Source: an uncultured Candidatus Saccharibacteria bacterium (lineage in GTDB: Bacteria; Patescibacteriota; Minisyncoccia; Phycocordibacterales; GCA-2401445). Taken from it: a stretch of DNA of 64,000 nt. The translations under genes and the position numbers were made by a program. The notes below the pieces were generated by a model that worked only from the letters and a program-made list of their open reading frames with translations, was not told the DNA's origin and ran no database searches. Shown one piece after another: positions 10,150-19,497 of the stretch. The DNA is taken from assembly GCA_964436015.1 (NCBI GenBank), contig CAYTAR010000002.1, forward strand, positions 9,521-73,520. Reading direction: 5' to 3'. The stretch's first letter is position 1; each line of letters begins with the position of its first letter.

Positions 10150-10417
10150 AGTTCCTCAGGCTCTACGTCTGTAAGAGGAAGGTCTTCGTCATCTTCAAGG
10201 TCTCCAAAGGTATCTAATTCATCACCCAAGTCGTCATCAATATCTGCATCAGTCGTATCATCTTCTAGTGAAAATGAATGAAATACATTTTGAATGTCTA
10301 ACTCCATAAAAATTATTTTTTTTGATAATTACGTACGAGAGAGCAACCTCTCGCTATAGTTTTATCAAATCTCGTTTTACAATGCAAATTATTGTATGGT
10401 GTGGATAAAAATAACTA

Positions 10418-10915
10418 TCACCAACGTTCACTCACCATGCAGGTAAGTGCGATTCCAATAGCGTCAAATTCATCATCGGTACGCTTTTTAGAGGGGAGTA
10501 TCAGCATGCGCGTAATCATGTGCATCATAGCGGTTTTATCTCCGCGCCCATCTCCAGTGGTTGCAACTTTTATTTGGTTTGGGGTGTATTCAAAGAGAGG
10601 AATAGAATTTTTTTGAGCGATATACATAAGCGCGCCTCGAATTTCAGCTACTTTTGTTGCAGTTTTTTGGTTTTTTTGGAAAAAAACCTTTTCTAGCGCA
10701 ATCGCAGTGATTGGAAACTCTGCAAGTTGGGATTCAATTTCCGCGCACACTGTGTATAGTCTTTTTTCAAACGGTTCCTTTTTATCAGAGGTAATGCAGT
10801 CTGAGTGTAATACTTTTTCTTTGCTGGTATGTGATTTTTTCTCAAGAACACATATCCCAAGGCGGTCATATCCAGGGTCAATACCAAGAATTAAGATGGG
10901 TGCACTAGATTGCAT
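10418..10915 (-). CDS. ruvC: crossover junction endodeoxyribonuclease RuvC
   Basis: ILGIDPGYDRLGICVLE catalytic N-terminus. I prefer the start MQSSAPILILGIDPG at 10915 over the ORF-track start at 10984. Confidence 0.85.
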   Translation of the reverse strand: MQSSAPILILGIDPGYDRLGICVLEKKSHTSKEKVLHSDCITSDKKEPFEKRLYTVCAEIESQLAEFPITAIALEKVFFQKNQKTATKVAEIRGALMYIAQKNSIPLFEYTPNQIKVATTGDGRGDKTAMMHMITRMLILPSKKRTDDEFDAIGIALTCMVSERW

Positions 10916-11435
10916 TGGTATACACGTGTTGCACCTCCTCATTATCTTCAAGATCATCAATAAGAAGAGAGAGTTTTTCTCCATCTTCCTCGGTAATAGA
11001 AACCGTATTTACCGGAGTCCACTCGGAACCATTTTTCTTAAATGCCCACGTAACCGAACCAATCGCTCCAAGTGCACAGTTGTGCTTTGAAAGAATATAT
11101 TTAACTTCCTGAGCTGCTTTATTTCTATTGCTCGTAAGAGCTTCAATAATAATGCCCACACCACCAGGTCCATATGCTTCGTACTGTATAGTTTCCATGT
11201 GAGTCGTATCAGGGGACAGTCCTTTTTTAACCGCACGCTCTATGTTGTCATTTGGAACATTCTCTTTACGTGCCCGTTCAATAGCAGATCGTAAGTTCGG
11301 AGATTCAGTGTTTCCTCCTGCTATTTTTGCTTCTGTGGTGATTGCTCGAAGGAGTTTTGAAAACACCATGCTTCTCTTCGCATCACTCGCTGCTTTTTTG
11401 TGTTTTATTTTTGACCATTTATTATGTCCTGACAT
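10905..11435 (-). CDS. yebC: YebC/PmpR family DNA-binding regulator (short, 176 aa)
   Basis: MSGHNKWSKIKHKKAASDAKR..FSKLLRAIT and YEAYGPGGVGIIIEALTSNRNKAA. Synteny with ruvC and ruvB. Confidence 0.85.
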   Translation of the reverse strand: MSGHNKWSKIKHKKAASDAKRSMVFSKLLRAITTEAKIAGGNTESPNLRSAIERARKENVPNDNIERAVKKGLSPDTTHMETIQYEAYGPGGVGIIIEALTSNRNKAAQEVKYILSKHNCALGAIGSVTWAFKKNGSEWTPVNTVSITEEDGEKLSLLIDDLEDNEEVQHVYTNAI

Positions 11436-11437
11436 AC

Positions 11438-12466
11438 CTAGAGTAACTTATCTTGTAATGACTCAGGGATAGTGAATCCTAAGTGCTCGTATGCTCTCTT
11501 TGTTGCGATACGTCCCTTTGGTGTTCGTTCAAGGAGGCCGTTTTGTATGAGGTATGGCTCATACACCTCTTCAATCGTGGCGATTTCTTCACTTGTTGCA
11601 GCTGCGATGGTACTTACCCCAACTGGCCCCCCGTTAAATTTAGAAATGATAGTTTCAAGGATAGTACGGTCAGACGCATTAAGTCCGCGTTCGTCTATTT
11701 CAAGAAGAGCGAGAGCGTCTTTGACTGTTTTTTTGGTTAAAGGAGATTTAAGTACTTGTGCGTAGTCGCGACAGCGCTTCAGTAGGTAGTTTGCTATTCG
11801 TGGAGTAAATCTGCTCCGTGAAGCAATCTCAGTAATTCCTTCTGACTCAGCAGAAATACCAAGAATACGCGAAGATCGTTCAATAATAGAACTTATTTCT
11901 TCTGTTGTATAAAATTCCAAACGAAACACACCGCCAGAGAAACGAGAACGAAGTGGGGCAGAAAGGAGTGCGATGCGTGTTGTTGCTGCAATAAGTGTGA
12001 AAGGAGGAAGTTCTAATTGTACGGTTCGTGCGGAAGGTCCTTTACCGATAATAATATCAAGAGACCCAGACTCCATGGCGGGGTACAGTACTTCTTCTAT
12101 CGCTTTATTAAGGCGGTGTATCTCATCAATAAAAAGAACATCTCCTGGTGCTAGGTTAGTGAGTATTGATGCAAGGTCGCCCACCTTTTCAATAACGGGC
12201 CCCGAAGTAATTTTAATGTTTGCGTTCAATTCGCGTGCAATGAGGTGCGCTAAGGTTGTTTTCCCAAGGCCTGGCGGACCATAAAAAAGTATGTGCTCAG
12301 GTGGGTGGTTTCGCTCTTTGGCTGCAGAGAGTAGAATACGAAGGTTTTCTTTGATTGTTTTTTGCCCAATATACTCATCCCAGAGGTGAGGACGAAGTGT
12401 TTGGTCAAGAAAACGCTCTTCTTTTATGGGGTCTTGCGTATTTTTTTTCATAGTGTATAGTGCCAT
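11438..12466 (-). CDS. ruvB: Holliday junction branch migration helicase RuvB
   Basis: Walker [12 protein letters not shown], Walker [10 protein letters not shown], and [12 protein letters not shown]. Confidence 0.95.
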   Translation of the reverse strand: MALYTMKKNTQDPIKEERFLDQTLRPHLWDEYIGQKTIKENLRILLSAAKERNHPPEHILFYGPPGLGKTTLAHLIARELNANIKITSGPVIEKVGDLASILTNLAPGDVLFIDEIHRLNKAIEEVLYPAMESGSLDIIIGKGPSARTVQLELPPFTLIAATTRIALLSAPLRSRFSGGVFRLEFYTTEEISSIIERSSRILGISAESEGITEIASRSRFTPRIANYLLKRCRDYAQVLKSPLTKKTVKDALALLEIDERGLNASDRTILETIISKFNGGPVGVSTIAAATSEEIATIEEVYEPYLIQNGLLERTPKGRIATKRAYEHLGFTIPESLQDKLL

Positions 12467-12526
12467 TCTACCATTTTTAGAGAGAGGGTAGAAAAGGTGA
12501 GTTGGTAAACGCGGAAGTAAGGGTAC

Positions 12527-12555
12527 TTGACAAGATTACCAATACATGATAAGAT
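12527..12555 (+). promoter_or_regulatory. sigma70-like promoter (TTGACA-17 nt-TAAGAT)
   Basis: TTGACA at 12527-12532 and TAAGAT at 12550-12555. No plus-strand CDS lies downstream, so it may drive the ncRNA candidate. Confidence 0.4.
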
Positions 12556-12631
12556 ACTCACCAGCTACATAAACGCTCGTTAACAGATTAAAAAACCGCG
12601 AACAGAGACGGTTTTTATTTTGGAACACTAT

Positions 12632-12804
12632 CCAGAGTACAAATCTCTAAGCAATTGATCCCTTTGGGATTATTAGGGCATATCCACGAGGACGTGCTGG
12701 TTACAGCGTAATGCTGTGTACTGGAGCTATCCTTAAAGACTTGCCTCACTTTTAGTCGTCCGTATTAAAAGTATTGCTTAGAGATTTGTGCGCTGGATTT
12801 TTTT
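12632..12804 (+). ncRNA. candidate structured ncRNA (about 175 nt; 24-bp closing stem; class unknown; 6S-like size and shape is one possibility)
   Basis: CCAGAGTACAAATCTCTAAGCAAT (12632-12655) pairs with ATTGCTTAGAGATTTGTGCGCTGG (12773-12796), followed by a T7 run. An internal hairpin CAGC-GUAA-GCUG has a GNRA loop. G-U wobbles work only on the plus strand. No ORF. Confidence 0.35.
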
Positions 12805-12859
12805 ATGAACTCTAGTGCCATTCTAGCACGTAGAAAAAAAAGAAAAAGTCTTGACTTCT

Positions 12860-14578
12860 CTAAATAACACCAGTACTCGCGGCGGCATCAATGTCAATAA
12901 CGCGACGTACCTCCTTCAAAGTAGTTACCCCTTGAAGAACTTTTACCGCAGCGTCTTGTTCCATAGTAAGAATACCTTGTTTGAGTGCTGCTGCGCGAAT
13001 TTCTCGTTCACTCGGGTTTTCTCGTACAATCTTTTCAATTTCCTCATCCATTAGAATCGCTTCGTACACTCCCACACGTCCTTTGTATGCCAAATGTTCA
13101 GATTCAAGGTCTTCTTTTTCTTTCCATATTGTTTGTGTTTGAATATTAGCCAAGTCCGGACGGTTTGTTATAGTTTTTAATATCAGCGTTAGCACCTCCT
13201 TGTCTTTACCTTCAAGAGGAACTTCAACCGCATTCTCTTTATTAACCTTACGGATAAGGCGTTGTGCCATGGTTGTGGTTACCGCAGAACCAATAACTTT
13301 TGGGTTAATTCCCATATCAATTAAACGGGGGAAGGCACCTGCGGCGGTGTTGGTGTGCAGTGTTGAAAACACTAAGTGACCCGTCAGCGCAGCGTTGATC
13401 GCCATTTCCGCAGTTTCTTTGTCTCTAATTTCTCCAACCATGATAATATCCGGGTCTTGGCGGAGCGCCGCACGGAGACCTGTGGCGAATGTATACTTAT
13501 CTTTTTCAGTTTGTGTTTGAACGATTCCAGGGAGGTGATATTCAATAGGGTCTTCAACGGTCAGGATTTTAATATCTGGTGTGTGCACTTTTCGTAGGAA
13601 TGAGTAGAGTGTAGTTGTTTTACCTGAACCAGTGGGACCAGTGGTAAGTATAAGTCCGTTAGGTCGTTCAATTTCACGCATAAGCACCTCAAAGAGGTGG
13701 GGTTCAATACCGAGAGACTCAATGGTTACTTGAATTGATTTTGGATCCAAGATACGCATCACCACTGATTCGTTGTATGCTCCAGGGAGGGTTGAGGTAC
13801 GAATTTGGATTTCTGAGTCATTTACTTTAATACTGAATCGCCCATCTTGTGCGGAATTTTTTACATTTAACATAACACCAGAGATGAGTTTAATACGAGA
13901 AAGGACGAGTCGATAGGTATTGTTATCAATATGCACAATTTCTGTGAGTACACCATCCAGTCGGTAACGAAGACGGACATACTCTTCTTCCGGTTCAAGG
14001 TGGATGTCTGACGCTTTGAGCGCAAGCGCACCCGCAATTATCATTTCAAACACTTTTGATATTTTGTAGCCCTTTTTTGCCTGTATCACATCAGTAACAC
14101 GGGTAGTAATATCAGCAATAGAAGAAACCTCATTGATCATTGCTCCAATCTCATCATTTGCAATATCAAGAACACCTTCTTTACTCTCAACGGTAAGTGA
14201 AATGTCGGCGTACCTACCCCATGCTCGCTCCAAGCTCTGCTCTGACGCAACAAACATGAGTACTTCAAACCCTTTTCGTTCCAAGTCCGCCTTAACCTCT
14301 TTTAATTTTTCGTTGCTAGGATCCTCCGTTGCAATACCTATTTTCCTTCCAATAAGACTGAATGGAGAAAAGCGGTTTTCTCGCGCCACTTTTTCAGGAA
14401 CTGCACGAAGCGCATCTCCATTAATGGACATTTTTGAGAGGTCTATGTAGGGAATACTGTAGCGGTTTGAAAGTATTTGCGCTAGATCTTCTTGTTCTCG
14501 CGCGCGGAGTTCCGCGAGACGCTTATTTTGCTTTTCATCATCAAATTGAATCATTGAATTATTATACCGTGGAGCCAC
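12860..14578 (-). CDS. pilB: type IV pilus / type II secretion assembly ATPase (PilB/GspE family)
   Basis: N-terminal T2SE_N-like region, Walker A GPTGSGKTTTL, and MVGEIRDKETA. Confidence 0.85.
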   Translation of the reverse strand: MAPRYNNSMIQFDDEKQNKRLAELRAREQEDLAQILSNRYSIPYIDLSKMSINGDALRAVPEKVARENRFSPFSLIGRKIGIATEDPSNEKLKEVKADLERKGFEVLMFVASEQSLERAWGRYADISLTVESKEGVLDIANDEIGAMINEVSSIADITTRVTDVIQAKKGYKISKVFEMIIAGALALKASDIHLEPEEEYVRLRYRLDGVLTEIVHIDNNTYRLVLSRIKLISGVMLNVKNSAQDGRFSIKVNDSEIQIRTSTLPGAYNESVVMRILDPKSIQVTIESLGIEPHLFEVLMREIERPNGLILTTGPTGSGKTTTLYSFLRKVHTPDIKILTVEDPIEYHLPGIVQTQTEKDKYTFATGLRAALRQDPDIIMVGEIRDKETAEMAINAALTGHLVFSTLHTNTAAGAFPRLIDMGINPKVIGSAVTTTMAQRLIRKVNKENAVEVPLEGKDKEVLTLILKTITNRPDLANIQTQTIWKEKEDLESEHLAYKGRVGVYEAILMDEEIEKIVRENPSEREIRAAALKQGILTMEQDAAVKVLQGVTTLKEVRRVIDIDAAASTGVI

Positions 14579-14630
14579 GTAAAGACGAAAAAAGTCTTGT
14601 GTACCAAAGGTTTTTGGAAGGGAGGAGACA

Positions 14631-14659
14631 TTGACATTTATAAAAAAGTATGCTATACT
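14631..14659 (+). promoter_or_regulatory. sigma70-like promoter (TTGACA-17 nt-TATACT)
   Basis: TTGACA at 14631-14636 and TATACT at 14654-14659, upstream of the 14713 CDS. Confidence 0.45.
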
Positions 14660-14712
14660 GTATTTAGGTATGGGTTTGTCAGTTTCCCTTGATAACTGAT
14701 AGAAAGGGCTTT

Positions 14713-15291
14713 ATGAAATTTGTCATTGTGTTGATGATGGGTGTTCTGTTTCTTTTGCCGGTGACGGCGACGGACACAAACCAACTCTCCGCGGTTCAAG
14801 CGGAGATCGCCGAAATGAAGCTCCAAATTCAGCTTGCGAAAGCTGAGTTGGAGCTTGAAAAACTTCGCGCCCAAAAGCAGAAGTTGGTGACTCCGCCGAC
14901 GGTTGTCACCAACGAAATCTCCCCTGTTCAAGCGGAAATTAAGAATCTCAAGGAGCAAGTAGCTCTTGAGAAAGCTCGCACCGAGCTCAAGAAAGTGCAG
15001 GCGCAGAGTCAGCCTGTTCATGCAAAAGTTGCTCAGTTTCCTGAAATTGAGCAACAGCGAGATTTTTATCTCGCTGCCTCAAAGGAGGCGAAGGCGCGTG
15101 CCGATTATTACCGGCACGAAGAGCAGGCGAGTAGGTACGCTCGCCGGGCTCTTGAGGAGCAGATCTCGGGATTCTTCATTGAATCCCCACATCGGAAGTA
15201 CACTATTCCGAATACGCCTTTTAGGGCTTCGTTCCGTAGTGCAAATTACGGATTCACCGCCCGAGGCGGAGTGAAGGTGAATAGCCGATAG
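14713..15291 (+). CDS. secreted coiled-coil protein with two internal repeats
   Basis: Signal peptide MKFVIVLMMGVLFLLPVTA. Repeats are SAVQAEIAEMKLQIQLAKAELELEKLRAQ and SPVQAEIKNLKEQVALEKARTELKKVQAQ. I prefer the ATG at 14713 over the track start at 14689. Confidence 0.6.
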   Translation: MKFVIVLMMGVLFLLPVTATDTNQLSAVQAEIAEMKLQIQLAKAELELEKLRAQKQKLVTPPTVVTNEISPVQAEIKNLKEQVALEKARTELKKVQAQSQPVHAKVAQFPEIEQQRDFYLAASKEAKARADYYRHEEQASRYARRALEEQISGFFIESPHRKYTIPNTPFRASFRSANYGFTARGGVKVNSR

Positions 15292-15306
15292 AGCAACCCA
15301 CACATA

Positions 15307-15332
15307 AACCAGCGCTACGCGCTGGTTTTTTT
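15307..15332 (+). terminator. intrinsic terminator
   Basis: AACCAGCGC-TAC-GCGCTGGTT followed by a T-run. Confidence 0.7.
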
Positions 15333-15364
15333 ATTGTCGGGTTTGTGTGTGCTAGAATGCGTGT

Positions 15365-15793
15365 ATGAGAGAGATAGGGAGTGTTGAGGAAATGCGAACG
15401 TTTGCGAGCAAGGTGGTACAAAAGCTCACCAGAGGTTCTACTGCAACCGTTCTTGCGCTGTCAGGTGATTTGGGGGCGGGGAAAACCACATTTGTACAAG
15501 GACTTGCGCGGTCACTTGGTACGAATGTAACCATCACTAGTCCGACGTTTGTTATTCTCAAACGGTATCCTCTGAGTAAGCAAGCGTTTGATACTCTGAT
15601 CCATATAGACGCATACCGGCTTAACAGTAGTAGCGAACTACAAAAGTTAGGTTGGGAAGAAATACTCAAGGACGCGGGGTCGCTTGTGGTTCTGGAGTGG
15701 CCTGAACGGGTGTCCGAGTGTATTCCTGATAATGCGCAGACTATTACTTTTACGCATAAAAATGAGGGTAGTCGAATAGTGTCATATGAGTAA
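15365..15793 (+). CDS. tsaE: tRNA t6A37 biosynthesis ATPase TsaE
   Basis: P-loop LSGDLGAGKTTFVQGLAR, SPTFVIL, HIDAYRL. Confidence 0.8.
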   Translation: MREIGSVEEMRTFASKVVQKLTRGSTATVLALSGDLGAGKTTFVQGLARSLGTNVTITSPTFVILKRYPLSKQAFDTLIHIDAYRLNSSSELQKLGWEEILKDAGSLVVLEWPERVSECIPDNAQTITFTHKNEGSRIVSYE

Positions 15794-18158
15794 AAAAACA
15801 GATAAAACAAGAATAATTCTTCTTGATGTACATGCAATTTTGCATCGTGCGTACCATGCGCTTCCCGACTTCTCTACTTCGGGCGGTATTCCAACTGGGG
15901 GCCTCTACGGAGTGTCTCTCATGTTGTTAAAATTGATTGAAGATTTTTCACCCGACTACATTATTGCGTGTTATGACTTACCAAAACCAACGTACCGCCA
16001 CGAGGTATACAAAGAGTACAAAGCGGGAAGGGTAAAGTCTGATGATGAGCTGGTGGTGCAAATTCAAAATTCACATAAGATTTTTGATGCACTTCATATT
16101 CCCATGTACAGCTGTGAGGGGTTTGAAGCGGATGATATGTTGGGAACTATTGTTGAACAGACAAAAAAGCAGAAGGATTTGGAAATAATTATTGCATCGG
16201 GTGATATGGACACACTCCAGCTTGTAGATGATAAAAAGGTACAAGTATACACGCTTAAAAAAGGCATTAAAGATACTATTTTGTATGACGAGGATAAGGT
16301 AAAAGAGCGGTTTGGTTTTGGTCCTGAATTACTCCCAGATTATAAAGGGTTGCGTGGTGACCCGTCGGACAATATTGTTGGAGTGCGAGGTATTGGAGAG
16401 AAGACCGCCACCGAGCTTATTATGAAATTCGGCACGTTGGAGTCTCTGTACAAAGTAACAAAGAAAAACCCCGATGCTCTCATTAAAGAGGGAATTAAAG
16501 AGCGTATGGTTGGGTTACTTGTAGAACATGAAGAGGAGGCATTGTTTAGCAAGATGCTTGCGACCATCAGACGAGATGCGCCTATTACCTTCACGCTACC
16601 AAAAGAGAAGTTTAAAGATATGCTTGATTTGGAGAAAGCAGACGCCTTTTTTCGAGAGTTTGAGTTTAGAACACTTGGTCCGCGGTTGCGTCACGTGCTC
16701 GGTATAACAAAAGAAGAGGAACAGACTCAAAAAAATACTTCACAGGTAACAGAAAACCCAGATGACACCGCGAGGGTTCAGCTGAAATTGTGGGTTTTGG
16801 ATTCAAATCATAGCCACGCGACGGTAGATGATGTGTATGCATACACAAAAACGACAACACTCAATGATGCAGAAAAAATAATTAATGACAGGTTGCATGC
16901 TGAAGATTCATATCGTGTGTATGAAGAGATAGAGAAGCCACTTATTCCCATAATTACAAAAATGCAGGAGAAGGGCATCATGATTGATCGTTCGTACTTC
17001 GCAAAACTTGGTGAGGATTATCACCACAAGCTCTCCGTACTAGAGAAAACCATTCATGCTGACGCGGGAGTTTCATTTAATATAGCTTCACCAAAACAAC
17101 TCGGTGAAATTCTTTTTGAAAGGTTGGGTTTGAAAGGGAAAAACCAAAAAAAGACCGCAGGTGGTGCGCTTTCTACCAAGGAGTCAGAGTTGGAGAAAAT
17201 GCGCGACATGCATCCGATTATCGGAAGCGTACTTGAGTACCGAGAGTTAGCAAAGCTTATTGGTACGTACGTGGATGTGCTTCCAACACTTGCTGATGCG
17301 AGTGATCGTATTCATACCACATTTGATCAGTGTGGAGCAGCAACTGGACGTATGGCATCTCGCGATCCTAATTTACAAAATATTCCGAATAAAACTGAAT
17401 TAGGGAGAGCAATACGAGGCGGGTTTGTTGCGGAGTCTGGATACGCACTTGTCGCGATTGATTACTCGCAAATAGAACTTCGGATTGCCGCGTTTCTCTC
17501 AAAAGATGAAAAACTTATTTCAATTTTTAAGAACAATGAAGATGTACATACCGCGGTAGCGTCCCAAGTGTTTAAAGTAAAAGAGAGCGAGGTTGATTCC
17601 GAGATGAGACGAAGGGCGAAGGTAATTAATTTCGGGATTATTTACGGTATGGGAGTAAACGCACTTAAACAAAATCTTGGGTGTGACCGTGCTGAAGCGC
17701 AAGCGTTTTATGAAGCATATTTTAATACGTTTAACGGGTTGGCAGAGTATTTGGAAAAAGTAAAAGAGTCAGCGCACCGTTTAGGTTACACCACGACTTT
17801 TTTTGGGCGAAGGAGGTACTTTGAGGGAATTCGTTCAAAGATTCCTTTTATTCGTGCATCTGCAGAGCGCATGGCGATCAATGCACCGATACAAGGTACT
17901 GGGGCTGATATTACCAAGCTCGCAATGATTGCGAGTGACGCGTTCATACGAACCCTTAAGAATACAGATGATGTTCGGCTATTGCTTCAGGTGCATGATG
18001 AACTAGTGTTTGAGGTAAAAAGTGATTTGGTTGCAACAATTATTCCAAAATTAAAAGAATCGATGGAGGGGGTAATTGATCCTAGTCAAACCGAAGGGGT
18101 GGTGTGTAAGACTGAGGCGTCAGTGGGGAGTAACTGGGGTGCACTAAAAAGAGTATAA
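15786..18158 (+). CDS. polA: DNA polymerase I (5' nuclease + polymerase domains; short central region)
   Basis: Motif A DYSQIELR, motif B RRRAKVINFGIIYG, motif C QVHDELVFE. N-terminal 5'-3' exonuclease region GVRGIGEKTATELI. Confidence 0.9.
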   Translation: MSKKTDKTRIILLDVHAILHRAYHALPDFSTSGGIPTGGLYGVSLMLLKLIEDFSPDYIIACYDLPKPTYRHEVYKEYKAGRVKSDDELVVQIQNSHKIFDALHIPMYSCEGFEADDMLGTIVEQTKKQKDLEIIIASGDMDTLQLVDDKKVQVYTLKKGIKDTILYDEDKVKERFGFGPELLPDYKGLRGDPSDNIVGVRGIGEKTATELIMKFGTLESLYKVTKKNPDALIKEGIKERMVGLLVEHEEEALFSKMLATIRRDAPITFTLPKEKFKDMLDLEKADAFFREFEFRTLGPRLRHVLGITKEEEQTQKNTSQVTENPDDTARVQLKLWVLDSNHSHATVDDVYAYTKTTTLNDAEKIINDRLHAEDSYRVYEEIEKPLIPIITKMQEKGIMIDRSYFAKLGEDYHHKLSVLEKTIHADAGVSFNIASPKQLGEILFERLGLKGKNQKKTAGGALSTKESELEKMRDMHPIIGSVLEYRELAKLIGTYVDVLPTLADASDRIHTTFDQCGAATGRMASRDPNLQNIPNKTELGRAIRGGFVAESGYALVAIDYSQIELRIAAFLSKDEKLISIFKNNEDVHTAVASQVFKVKESEVDSEMRRRAKVINFGIIYGMGVNALKQNLGCDRAEAQAFYEAYFNTFNGLAEYLEKVKESAHRLGYTTTFFGRRRYFEGIRSKIPFIRASAERMAINAPIQGTGADITKLAMIASDAFIRTLKNTDDVRLLLQVHDELVFEVKSDLVATIIPKLKESMEGVIDPSQTEGVVCKTEASVGSNWGALKRV

Positions 18159-18164
18159 AAGTAT

Positions 18165-18875
18165 ATGTTACAAGTGTTTTTAGGAAATGATAGGGAATCT
18201 GCTCGCGCGTCCGCAGAGAAGGCGTTTTCTGCCCTCATTTTAAAACGCAAAGAAGCGGAAGTGATACTTTTTGATGCTGATTCATGGGATGTGGAGAAAA
18301 TGAAAGCGCTCGTGGGTGCGCAGGGATTGTTTGAAAAAAAATATATTGTGCGAATTACCTATGCACTTGATACTAAGCTTAAAGCAGAGGAGTTTGAATC
18401 ACTCATAGAAGAGTGTGCTGAGTCGGAAAACGCGTTTGTGGTCTTGGAAGAGAAACTTTCTTCTGCACAAAAGAAGAAATGTCAGAAACACGCATATACG
18501 TTTGAAGAGTACACAGAAAAAAAAGAAGAACAAAGAATCAATGTATTTGGGCTGGCAGATGCTTTTGGGAATAAAGATAAGAGAAATTTTTGGGTGCTAT
18601 ATACGCAGTGCATTCGTGCGCACATCCCCCCAGAGGAGATACATGGTATTTTATTGTGGCAGGTGAAAGGCATTATCGCGACGTACAAGACAGACTCCGC
18701 ACAAGATGCGGGGATGAAGGATTTTTCATACAAAAAAGCGAAGCGGTTTGCTCAAAATTACTCTCTCATAGAGATAACTCATATCTATGACACGCTTATA
18801 GATATGTACCACAACGCACATAAGGGTAAGTATGATTTAAGTATTGCGCTTGAGCGGTTTGTGTTGGGGGTGTAA
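18165..18875 (+). CDS. possible DNA polymerase III delta subunit (HolA-like)
   Basis: Size, position after polA, and a general delta-like pattern (VFLGNDRESA.., LLWQVKGIIATYK). There is no strong motif. Confidence 0.35.
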   Translation: MLQVFLGNDRESARASAEKAFSALILKRKEAEVILFDADSWDVEKMKALVGAQGLFEKKYIVRITYALDTKLKAEEFESLIEECAESENAFVVLEEKLSSAQKKKCQKHAYTFEEYTEKKEEQRINVFGLADAFGNKDKRNFWVLYTQCIRAHIPPEEIHGILLWQVKGIIATYKTDSAQDAGMKDFSYKKAKRFAQNYSLIEITHIYDTLIDMYHNAHKGKYDLSIALERFVLGV

Positions 18876-18881
18876 GGGGGA

Positions 18882-19124
18882 TTAAAGAATGCCCCTTTTA
18901 GCCAAACAAACGTTATAAAGGTTCTCAAAATATATATAGCCTTCCTCACTAGTCATAAGTGCTAGCTCGCCACTATATTTTTCTTTCAAAGAACTGTTTT
19001 CCTTAATGACTTTTGAAAAAATACTATAATTCTGCGCGTAACAATTCTTTTTGATAGTTTCTACTCGAAATACAATTACCCATAAGGTGATAGAGTAGAG
19101 TAAACATATAAATAAAATTAACAA
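18882..19124 (-). CDS. hypothetical small membrane protein in an AT-rich patch
   Basis: 80-aa ORF with an N-terminal TM helix. No recognisable motif. Confidence 0.3.
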   Translation of the reverse strand: MLILFICLLYSITLWVIVFRVETIKKNCYAQNYSIFSKVIKENSSLKEKYSGELALMTSEEGYIYFENLYNVCLAKRGIL

Positions 19125-19161
19125 CCAGTATTTTTTAAGGAGGCCATAATCAGAGTAGCTT

Positions 19162-19209
19162 AATGTATAAATGATATAATTGGTTTACCAATTATATCAT
19201 TTATACATT
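19162..19209. repeat. perfect 48-bp palindrome (23-bp arms, 2-nt centre)
   Basis: AATGTATAAATGATATAATTGGT-TT-ACCAATTATATCATTTATACATT. Confidence 0.9.
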
Positions 19210-19346
19210 GCATTGTCAATAAAGAAACCAAAGAAATTAACATACCTGATATCAGTAATGAAGATATTTTAGAATGTATAAAATTTTGCATTAGATATAT
19301 TATAACACGAAAAAAGCATAGTAACAAAGCCAGATTTAAATCATAC

Positions 19347-19441
19347 CTAGGAATCGCTCCCTACAGGAACAGTACCCCAATTGGATTTTTTCTTCGTAGA
19401 GTACTACTCGAAAAAATACTCAATAGGGCTTCGATTCCTAC
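19347..19441 (-). repeat. tRNA-flank hairpin unit K (truncated variant; arms match the tRNA-Lys/Arg T arm)
   Basis: Arms are (C)TAGGAATCG and CGATTCCTAC. The core is about 90 percent identical to unit R at 24143-24237. It lies downstream of tRNA-Lys on the tRNA strand. Confidence 0.75.
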
Positions 19442-19497
19442 CCGCAGACACCCCCGTGTCTGCTTGGCCGAACTTTCGTTCGCTTCGCTTACTCAAG

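Noticed and set aside
10905-11435. The short YebC (176 aa vs about 240 typical) as a pseudogene
   Set aside because: The ORF is intact, tightly packed between ruvB and ruvC, and both conserved terminal regions are present. It is more likely a lineage-specific shortened form. It cannot be resolved without an alignment.
12591-12616. AAAAACCG-CGAACAGAGA-CGGTTTTT as the terminator of a very short transcript from the 12527 promoter
   Set aside because: The stem is only 8 bp and mostly A-U, with a 10-nt loop. It is symmetric, so it could serve either strand. It is too weak to call as a feature; it is mentioned under the ncRNA finding.
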